Assembly (NCBI GenBank): GCA_051313645.2
Contig: JBNRSN020000010.1
Coordinates: 11,222,001 to 11,286,000, forward strand
Direction: 5' to 3'
Length of the DNA: 64,000 nt
DNA from: Centroscyllium fabricii
Taxonomy: Eukaryota
Shown here piece after piece: positions 1 through 9,489 of this stretch (within the stretch, counting starts at the first letter, position 1; each line of letters begins with the position of its first letter). The notes beneath the pieces are model-generated. The model was not told the DNA's origin. It did no database searches and saw only the letters and a program-made list of their open reading frames with translations. Made by a program: the position numbers and the translations under genes.

Positions 1-270
1 AGATTTACTGATGTTTTACGGATTGCAATATTCATAAGTTTGACAGGTCATCCTGTCCAACTTATGCATGGAACATTCTGTGCTCCGATTGGCTCGTGGT
101 GGCCCGCACGATCCCTGGCGCTAACTGCGCAGCTCGGTTGCAGGAGCGCGGTGCGCCGGCAGGTCAAGGAGGCCACACATTGAGGGCACTGCTCAACGTC
201 CGGCCATGTATATAAGTGCAGGTTGGAGGGCTGCAGGCGCGGGAAGCCTGCAAACGGAATTTCTGGGCCC
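1..270. mobile_element. Terminal portion of a PIF/Harbinger-like non-autonomous DNA transposon (runs off the window start)
   Basis: GC-rich end ...ggaatttctGGGCCC; its reverse complement aligns by eye to 49761-50050 (gcccagaaattc...cagg...cccgcg...gccaat.ggagca...gacagga). GGGC termini match the other MITEs in this window. Confidence 0.5.
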
Positions 271-857
271 CAAAAAATACTCGGGCACTCTGCAGCTATA
301 GAAATGGAATCATCCGTTATTAAACAGAAAATAGCGTTCTCTTCCAGAGGTCCATTTAAGTTGTTGTTTTACGAGTTTGTAAAAGGCCCTGAATCTACAA
401 CAGGCCATTCGTACACTTGTGAATCCTGACGGTGCAAGCTTGATTGCAACCAGGGTCTCACACGAATGACCTCTCTCGAGTGCAAATGGATTATTCCACT
501 ATTCCGATGCTTGATGCTGGAGATCTGAAATGTAAACAGAAAATGCTTGAAAAAAACAGCAGCTCAGGCAACCTCTGTAGTGTTTGATGCCGAGTGAACG
601 TTTCAGGTCGATAACAATTTCTCCGAACAGGAAAACGTTAGAAATATAACACATTTTTAAGCAAGTGGCAAATGTGACAACATTCTTCAAGAAATGGTGA
701 AAGTACAACCCTGGTTACAACATACCGGTCAGTTTAACATCAGTGGAGGGTAAACTTTTAGAAACTATAATCAAGGTAAAGCTTAACGGTCATTTGGAGA
801 GGTTTGTGGTAAATATAGCGCGCCAACACGGGTTTGTAAAAGGCAGATGGTGTTTAA

Positions 858-1387
858 GATCATAAGTCATAAGAGCAGGATTAGGGCATTTGGCACCGCG
901 AGCCTGCTCCGCCATTTAATGTGATACTATCTGATCTGATCTTGGGCTCAGTTTACACTGCAGGCTCCCTGCATCTCCCACATCCTTACTGTTCAAAATC
1001 TGTCTATATTCATCTTAAATGTATTCAATGGTCCAGGGAACACAACTCTCCATGGCAGATCGTTCTGCAGACTTACGACTCTCTGAGCGATTCAATTCCT
1101 CCTCCTCTCTGTTTTAAATTTACCACCCCTTATTCTGAAAGTATGCCCCCCTTGTATTTGATTCCCCCAGGAGGGGAAGCATCTTCTCTGCATTTACCTT
1201 GGCGAGCCTCCTCAGTACAATATATGTTTCAATATGATCTGCTCACATTCTTCGAAACTCCAATATGATAAACCTGCTCAACCTTTTTTCATAAGTTAAC
1301 CACATCATCTCCAGAATCTACTTTATGAAATTTATCTGAACTGCCTCCAATGCAAATATATCCCTCCTTAAATAAGGAGACCAACAT
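858..1387 (-). mobile_element. CR1 (HER1-type) 3' fragment nested in the previous CR1
   Basis: Reverse 3' tail (cataag repeats, gagcctgctccgccatt); 7-bp TSD TGTTTAA at 851-857 and 1388-1394. Confidence 0.85.
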
Positions 1388-1674
1388 TGTTTAACTAATC
1401 TAATTGATTTTTTAAGTGATTAACAAAGAGGATTGATGATGGTAAGCAATAGATGTTGTCCACATGGGTTGCTGTAAGGCGTTTGGAAATGTACCACATA
1501 GAAGGCTGGTTCAATAGATGTAGGCGAATGGAATAAATGGGTCAGTGGCAGCTTGGGTAAGGAATTGGCTTGTGCAGAGAAAACAGCATGTTACGGTGAG
1601 TGGCTGTTTCCAGACTGGTGGATAGCTGACAATGGCGTTCCCCAAATGTTAGTGCGGGACACACTGCTTTTGTG

Positions 1675-1698
1675 ATATATATATATATATATATATAT
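1675..1698. repeat. (AT)n microsatellite
   Basis: About 12 AT units. Confidence 0.95.
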
Positions 1699-3484
1699 AA
1701 ACGAGAAGGATATTTGAATAGAGAGTAGATTTTCGATATTTGTCAATGAGACCAGTGGTAAACAGTGATGATGATATCAATCGGTTGGAACAGAACATAG
1801 AAAGGATAGCAGAATGGGCAGATAAGTGCCAGATGGAATTTGATTCAGAAAACTGTGAGCTAATGCATTTTGGCAGAAGGAACAGGGAGAGGCAATGTAC
1901 AATTAATAGCACAGCTGAAGCTGGGCGCAGGGATATAGGGACTTGTGACTTAATGTGCATAGCTCCTTAAAGGTGCAGGAAATATTGAGAGATTGGTTAA
2001 CAGAGCATATGGGATCTTGGATTTCAAAAAAGAGGAATTGAGTACAAAGTAGAGAAAGTTATGCTGAACATTTTTGAAGTGCTGGTTCGGGCACACGTGG
2101 AGCATTGCTGGTCACCACCCATTAGAAAGAACGTGAAGGCCCTGGAGAGGATACAAAGGAGATTTTCAAGAATTATTCCGGAGATGGGGGTTGTTAGCTA
2201 CAAGGAGAGTTTGCGGAAGGTGGATTTGTTGACTTTATAGCGAAGGAAATTGAGAGTTGATTTGATAGAGTTGTACAAGATTATGTCGCGTTTAGATATG
2301 CTAGATGGAGAAAAGCTCTTCCCACTAGTTGATGGTACAAGGACTAGGGGACATAGATTTATGGTTTTGGCCAAGAGATGAAGGAAGAACGTGAAGACAA
2401 ACATTTTAACATAGTGAGTGCTGATGTCCTGGAATTATCTGCCAACAGAGTGCTGGAAGCGTAGACACTCAGTATTTCCAAGGGGTGACTGGATAAGCAC
2501 TTGTGGGAAATAAACTTGCAGGGCTACCGTGATCGAGTGGGGGAATATGACTAACTATATTGTGCTACAGAGAGCCGGTTCGCACTCAATGGGCCGAATG
2601 GACACGTTCTGTGCCGTTCTGATTCTGTGACTAAGTGTAGGGACAGGGAAAGTGGGTAGGGGAGGGAAGGACAAAAGTGAGGATCTGTGATAGGATGGAT
2701 GGCAGGAGAGATCATAAAACAATAGAGATGATGGTGCAAGTCAAGGAGATAGTAATGGGAGACGTTAGATAAAATAGCTGACACTGGATGAGATGTAAAT
2801 GTCAATTGAAGAATCAACAAGATCTGCAATGTGATTTGGAAAAAACGAAAGGATCGAAATAGAGGCACAGGTTATAGCCTGAACTTACTGGAGTTTAATT
2901 TGTTCTTCATTTGAACGGTGTAAAAGGCCGATGACGGTGAGGTCTAAGTGGGAGTGGAGTGTAGAATTAAATTGGCAGGCGTCCGGAAGCTCGGGTACCT
3001 GCTTACAGTCTGAAAACAGGTGTTCCACAAAAAGCAGTCACCCAATCTCCATTTGGTCTCGGCAGGGTAGAGGAGCCCGCATCCTGAGCAGCGAATACAG
3101 TATACTAAATTGCAAGAAGTACAACATCGAGGGGGAGAGGGTCAGGCTGCTGTGTGACATTTGTCTTGGCTGCTCTTTGACTGGCTCCTGGCTTACAAGT
3201 AATGTCTCCTCAAGACAGGTTTTCATTCCGGGTTAAACGGCAACATTGGCATATTCATGTCGGGGGAGCTGGAGCTGGCAACGTACATTTTCCGTGAGTT
3301 CAATCTCAAAAAGTTTAATTCAAGCCAATGTAATTAATTGTAAGTAGGTTCAAATTACAAAAAATCATACTCGCAAAATGAATCAAAATCCTCTTCAGTA
3401 ACAGATACTACAATTTAGATGAATCATTTATATATGAAATATTCTTGGAGTGTCCATTGCCTAAGGAAGGCGAAGAGAGCAGAA

Positions 3485-5537
3485 ACATAGAATCATAGAA
3501 AGTTACAATATGGAAGGAGGCCATTGTAGCGCCGGCAGGCCTAGGAACCACACGTGGGCCGGAGCTAGAGAAAAACACAGCTTTATTCACTAGTACAAAA
3601 CAAGAAAGAGACTGAACCACTCGAGACAGGCATATTTAAACAGTCCCGCGGTTGGTGACGCGATGACGTCATCGCGTCACCCGGATGAGCGGGGCTTTGC
3701 TCCGCGGAGACCCCGTGGCGGATTCGATGTCCCCGTGGGCGTACCGCCACACCATTTCGGCCCATTGTGTCCGCGCCGGCCAAATCCCAGCTCTTGATCC
3801 GTAGCCAAGCAGGTTACAGCACCTCAAGTGCACATCCAAGTACTTTTTCAATCTGGTTAGTGTTCCTGCCTCTACCACCCTTGCAGGCAGTGAGTTTCAG
3901 ACTCCCATAACTCGCTGGTAGAAGAAATATCCCTCTACATATTCCCGCAATTAAATTAAAATCTGTGCCCCCTGGTTTTTGAACCCTCTACTCAGGACAA
4001 AATGTATTTTCTATTCAATGTATTTCTACCCCTCAAAAATGTCTCCATATCAAAAATATCTCTCCTCAGATACCTCAGTTCCAAGGAGGACAGGCACAGC
4101 CTGTCCAATCTTTCCTTATAGCTAAGATGCTCTACGCCCGGCATCATCTTTGTAAACCTCCTATATACCCTCTCTTTTGCAACCTCATCTTCCCTGCAAT
4201 GTGGTGACCAGAACTGCACGCAGTACTCAAGTTGTGGGCTAAATAGAGTTCTGTAGAGTTGAAGCATAAACTTTGTATTCTTTTAATCTATGCCATGGAT
4301 AATAAAGGCAAACATTCTCTGTGCCTTGTTAACCACCGTATCTTCTTGGCCTGGTAACTTTAGGGATCGTGGACATGCACTCAAAGTTCGCTTCTTCCCA
4401 TACACTATTCAGTGTCCTACCATTTAATGTGTAATCCTACTCCATGTAGCCCTCCCCAAATGCATTACCTCTCACTTATCCAGATTGAATTTAATTTCCC
4501 ATGTATTGCCCAACTGACCAACTAACTGATATCTTCCTGCATTCTGCAGCTTCCTTGTTCAGAATCAACAAACAGCCGTTGTTAGTATCATCTGCGTACT
4601 TCTTAATCATTCCCCTATATTCAAGTCAGGATCGTTGATATATACCAAAAAAAGCAAGGAATCTATTACCGATACCAGCAGAACCCCACTGGAAACTCGT
4701 TCCAGTCAAGGAAATACCCATCAACCACTACGCTCTCCTTCTTATCGCAGACAGTTTTGAATCCAACTTCACTCGTTGCCTTAGATCGAATGGGCTTTTA
4801 AATTCGTGATCATTCTGTCATGTGGACACTTATCAAAAGCCGTGCTAAAGTCCATAAACTCTAAACCAGAGCCAATACCCTCTCTATTGCTTCTTCAAAT
4901 AATTTATTCAATAATGTCAGGCATCACATTCCCTTAACAATTCCGTGCTGACTATGTTATTTTTTAACTCGTGTGTTTCTAAATGAGGATGTATCCTATC
5001 TTTCAGAATTATTTGCAATAATTTTACAACCAAATAGGTTAGGCTGACAGGCCTGTATTTAGTCGGTCTATGCTTGTCTCCCTTTATAAACCTGGATACA
5101 AGATTTGCAGGCCTCCCATCCTTCGGCACCACACCTGAAGTCAGAGAGGATTGTGAAATGATGGCCGGGGTCTCTCCTATTGCCTCTTTTGATATGCTTA
5201 ACATCCTGGGATACAGTTCCTCCGGGCCTGGGGACTTATGCACTTTTGAAGCTGCTAAACCACTTAATACTTACTCTCTTACAATGATTATTTCATCTAA
5301 TATTTCACAATTCTCCCTAATGATAGCAATGCCTGCTTCGCCCCTCTCCTTTGTGAAAACAGACGCAAAGTATACATTAACAATACTTCTAACGACTGTC
5401 TCCTCCACACTCAGATTGCCCTCATGAGATCTAATAGGCAAAACCCTTTCCTAACTTTTCCTCTTACACTTAAGACACAGCTTTGTGTTTCCTTGATTTT
5501 ACTTTCCAAGAACTTTTAATGGTCTCTCTTTGCTTTC
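3485..5537 (-). mobile_element. 5'-truncated CR1 LINE (ORF2 RT region to 3' tail), decayed
   Basis: ORF-track pieces HKSPGPEELYPRML...YRPVSLT and LQLYRTLFSPQLEYCVQFWSPH; catagaatcatagaa tail at the left end. Confidence 0.92.
3525..3751 (-). mobile_element. Solo LTR (227 bp) inserted in a CR1 3'UTR
   Basis: TGTAGCG...CGCCACA termini; 4-bp TSD CCAT (3521-3524 and 3752-3755); TATA-like TTTAAATA and AATAAA on the minus strand; CpG-rich. Confidence 0.85.
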
Positions 5538-5809
5538 CTACTAACTGTGACTGGAAAAATGTCGCTGGTCTCACAGAACAGGTCTGGTGGGATCAACACT
5601 CTCATTGGATAAAACGGGATAACACAGTATGTTTCATCAATGACTGGAAAGGCGAGAAGCTTCACGGATAATCCCATCAGTACAGAATTATTTAAAGGTG
5701 AGAGTTTAACAAGCTATTTTGTGCCGGTGAATTTCAGGCAAAAGGCGGTAATTATCCTGGGGCTTAACTGAAATGTAAAGTTCGCTCATACATCACCTGG
5801 GAGTACATG

Positions 5810-6295
5810 ATGCTTACTTATACAGGGATTTCTGCCCTGTACTCATACCATGCTGCACGTGAAATGGTGAGCATCCTGAAGTAGAATTAGACAAGCTGTA
5901 CGCTGCATTGGCCACATGCAGTATCTGAATTCACTGTGCTTGCTGAACGACAATACAGTGAGATTTACACTGCATCGAACGCCTGTCTACCTGCCCTCTG
6001 AGGTGTTGACGGGCCAGTGTTGAGGCTGTATTACTCTGTTTCTAACCCGTGCTGTACATGCCCTGGCGGTGTATGATGGGAATTTGTAGAGGGACCTTTA
6101 TTCTGTACTTAAATATTTCAGTAGTTAGCATGGGTATGTTTTGTGGGATCGTGTATAGGGTGCTTCACATAATGTCTACTCCGTGCTGAATCTGATATGA
6201 GAGTGTTTGACAGGCAGATTAAATAAGTGTTAAATTCTATCTAACCCGTGTATTACCTGACCTGGGAGAATTTGATGGGACTACTTGAAGAGCTC
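5810..6295 (-). repeat. Degenerate ~65-bp shark-type minisatellite
   Basis: Recurrent gtgtttgatgggac...gtagagggagctttactctgtatctaacccgtgctgtacctg-like units; same family as 18350-19090 in the opposite orientation. Confidence 0.75.
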
Positions 6296-6400
6296 TATAT
6301 ATTATTGCTCATGATTTCCATTCCAATTATTTCTGCAATTGCCTCAACCATTAACGGCCAAAATCAGCACTTGAAGGTGGCTCTGCCATCCCTTCCTGGA

Positions 6401-7048
6401 CGCAACATCAGACAGTTCACACCAGCATTCGCGATCTGTTTACATGTGCTGAAGTTTTGTATTTCTCACGATTGTCAGCAGAATCAATACTATCCTTGCA
6501 TTCTTCCGAAGCGTCGAATATAAACAGCAATCTCTCTGCCTCCTTCCGGAGCTCTCCCAGATTAAGCCTAAAAAACGGTACAGATCCAGTATCAGATTCC
6601 TCAGGTTTATTGTACTGTTAATAGGGTTCAAATCCCGAAATTTAAAATTTAAAACAAATTCAAAGTGTGGGTATGTTTTCCCAGTAGACCAGTCATGGAA
6701 AATCTTTTGTACCATTATGGTTTTTCCAATCGCCGAGACTCCAATCTCTGCTCCTGAACTCGCAGATCTGGATGTTCCCCGGGAAATACTGCACTGAAAT
6801 AATTGATCATTTCAGATTTTTCCAGTTCTCTCCAGAGATATTTTTGTCACCACACTTTATGATCTCGGCCTCTTGCCAGCAGTTCATGTTCTAAATGTGT
6901 CTGATCTCAAAAACACTAGAAATGACCGTTATATCAGCGTATCGATCAACCAGCTGGAAAATATTAAACTTCTCCTTTGTAAGTTTAGTGTTCACCCTCA
7001 GTGTTTCAGTTTGTACCCGGAGTGTTTTGTTTAGCTTCATTTGAAGAT
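6401..7048 (-). pseudogene. NACHT-domain exon of an NLR (NLRP3/NLRC3-like, cartilaginous-fish type), frameshifted and 3'-truncated
   Basis: After acceptor ttttctaattgaag: DLQMKLNKTLRVQTETLRVNT...FQLVDRYADITVIS...EHELLARGRDH..., Walker A GVSAIGKTIMVQKIFHDW, FEFVLNFKFRDLN, Walker B LLFIFDASEE; several stops and frameshifts; homology ends near 6401. Confidence 0.9.
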
Positions 7049-7256
7049 CTTCAATTAGAAAAGACAGAAAGTGCTTTCAATGTTAGTATTGTCAAATAAA
7101 TCTCTGAGAAGCTGCTCTGCTTTTCAGTAAAATATAACACGAATGGTTTCGAATTTTAATCTTGGACAGTTAGAATACCAAATCAATTCACGTGAACCTT
7201 GGTTAACAGGATAATTCTGAGAGAAGATTCAAATGTATATGTGACAGTTTAAGTTA

Positions 7257-7420
7257 CCTTGGCGAGCTGCGTGAATGTCAAACGTTCCCTTTGATAGTGA
7301 CCACAATCTGACATACATTGTACTGCAGATATCTCATCACAAATCCATAGGTGATTCTGGTTATGTGGCTGCCGTGGTTGTAATGGATAAAGTATTGATC
7401 CTCCCACCCAGTAGAGCTGA
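7257..7420 (-). pseudogene. Possible upstream exon of the NLR pseudogene
   Basis: Flanked by ttttataaaag acceptor and aag|gtaact donor, about 200 bp upstream of the NACHT exon; the phase-compatible frame has stops and no recognisable domain. Confidence 0.35.
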
Positions 7421-7449
7421 TCTTTTATAAAATAAAACAAAATGTGAAT

Positions 7450-7865
7450 TGGGCTGCACTGCGAGCGAGAGAGGCTCACAGTATACTGATTGAGTAGCAC
7501 AGAGAGTGACAGGCTGTCAATTTAATGATTGTGCAGCACTTAGAGAGCGACAGACTCACAAGGACCTGGTTGAGCAGCACTGAGAGAGGGACAGGCTCAC
7601 AAGAAACTGATTGAGAAGCACGGAGAGAGGTACATATTCAACTGTACTGATTGGCCAGCACTGAGAGAGGGGCAGACTCACAATGTTCTGATTGGGCAGC
7701 ACTGAGAAGGGGACAGGCATACAAGGCACAGATTGGGCATCACTGAGAGAGGAGCAGTTTGACAATGCACTGACTGTGCAGCACTGAGAGTGGGACAGGT
7801 TGGCGATATACTGATTGGGCAGCAATGACAGAGGGACAGACTCGCAACGTACTGACTGGGCAGCA
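7450..7865. repeat. ~41-bp minisatellite, about 10 degenerate units
   Basis: Repeated gcagcactgagagagggacaggctcacaatatactgattgg-like unit. Confidence 0.9.
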
Positions 7866-7974
7866 AATATTTGATCAGGTCTTCAGAGACGTCTTGGAAA
7901 ATTCTACACATTTATGGTTAACATATCACAGGGAAAGGTTAATATCATTGTGAAGGTAAAATGGGGGTTAGCAA

Positions 7975-9035
7975 CAACAGCTTGAATTGACATAACCAAA
8001 AGTCTTAGCAGGAGCGTTATCAGATTAAATGAAACACTGAGCCAAATAAAGATACATTTGAATGGGTGACCAACAGCCTGATCAAAGAGGTAGACTTTTA
8101 AGAGTGAACAGGTGATAATTAGAGGCGGATAGCATTGGAGAGTGAATTCCAGAGTTCAATGTCTAGGATACTGAGAACACAGCTGCCAATAGCGGAGTGG
8201 TGAAAATCAGGATGCACAAAGTTCAAAATTCAGGAGTGCAGAGATCTCGGAGAGTTGTAGGCCTGGAGCAAATTGCAGAGATAGCGATGGGCATGGTCAT
8301 GCAGGAATTGAAAACAAGGATGCTAATTTCAAAAATCAATGCGTTGCCAGACCGGTAGATGGTGTAGGTCAGCGATCACATGGGCGATGAGTGAACGGGA
8401 CTTGGTGCGAGTTCCAATAGGTGCAGCAGAGTTTTTGTTAAGCTCACACTTGCAGAGTATGGAAGGTTGGTGGTAGGCAACCCTTAGAGTGTTGGAATAA
8501 CTGAGGCTGGTTATAACAATGGCATATTTGAGGATTTCAGTACTAGAAGGGCTAAGGCAGGCTCAGACAGCGAACGTTACGGAGTTGAATCTAGGTACCC
8601 TTTTTGATGGAGAGGGCATAGGAGTGAAATGTCAGCTCAGGATCTAATTGCATGCATTGCTTATAAACAGTCTGGTCCAAAATCACACAGTTGCCGAGGA
8701 GAAGGATGGAGACGAACGATAGGGAATGTAGATTTTGGTCACGACCAAAGATAATGTCTTTACTTTTTTCCAATAATTACCAGGCGGTAGTGTTGATTAG
8801 CCAATACTGCATGTCGGACAAGCTTTGTGACACATCAGATACAGTGCAGGGCCTGAGAGAGGCTGGTGCAGTAGAGCTGAGTCACTTCAGTGGTATTTGA
8901 CATAATCTTTTCAGATGATGTCGCAAAGGGGTAGTAGGTGGACAATACATAGGAGGGGCCAATGATATAGCCTTGGGGTTACCAAATGTAACATTGCGGG
9001 AGCGAGTAGAGGAGGCAGTACATGAGATTCCATTT
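7975..9035 (-). mobile_element. Old L2-type LINE 3' fragment
   Basis: Purine-rich reverse L2 3' region (gagtgaattccagag...aggcc); similar to 20640-21250 and 28160-28440. Confidence 0.6.
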
Positions 9036-9049
9036 TCTTGTTACGATAG

Positions 9050-9480
9050 GATGAGTCATATCATTGAGTCATAAGGGACATTAGGAGGTCATTCGTCACA
9101 TCGAGTCCATGGTGGATCTCTGCAGAGCACGTGAGTCAGTCCCATTCCCTCCAATCTATCCCCGTAGACCTGCAAATTAATCTCCTTCAAGTGCCTATTC
9201 AGTCACTCTTTGAAAACATTGAGTGTGTCCGTTACCACCACTTCCACCAGCAGCGAGTTCCCGGTCCTCAGCACGCGCTGCATAAAAAGGTTTTACGTCA
9301 CAGACCCCCTGCATTCCTCACCCCCATAATTAGATGCGTGTCCCCTGGTCCTTGTATCTTCAACTATTGCGAACAAGCTTTCCCTTTCTAGAATATGGAA
9401 ACCCGTCATAATCCTGTAAAATTCAATCTCATTACTCCTCATCCTCCTTTGCTCTACTGAAACAAATCCAGCTTCTTCGC
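9050..9480 (-). mobile_element. CR1 3' fragment
   Basis: gagtcata tail repeats; reverse EQRRMRSNEIEFYRIMTG...TRTRGH. Confidence 0.8.
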
Positions 9481-9489
9481 GAGGGAAGT

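Larger units (their letters stand above)
667..2630 (+). mobile_element. 5'-truncated CR1 LINE (RT and C-terminus, decayed)
   Basis: Frame fragments such as EWADKCQMEFDSENCELMHFGRRN; CR1 3'UTR with gggccgaatgg hairpin and ttctgattctg tail; approximate TSD caagtg/taagtg. Confidence 0.9.
505..3130 (-). mobile_element. Decayed Penelope-like element 3' part (GIY-YIG remnant at about 2870-3125 plus 3' tail at about 505-665), split by a CR1 insertion
   Basis: 505-665 and 2630-3125 are colinear with the uninterrupted inverted copy at 48740-49460, which reads LVHCIRCSGCGLLYIRDTKFRLGDLFVVH (GIY-YIG motif). Confidence 0.65.

Noticed and set aside
5483-5537. Apparent splice acceptor and ORF start
   Set aside because: It is the reverse strand of the CR1 ORF2 5' truncation point.
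7450-7865. ORFs of 77-89 aa with repeated Cys motifs
   Set aside because: Translations of a ~41-bp minisatellite.
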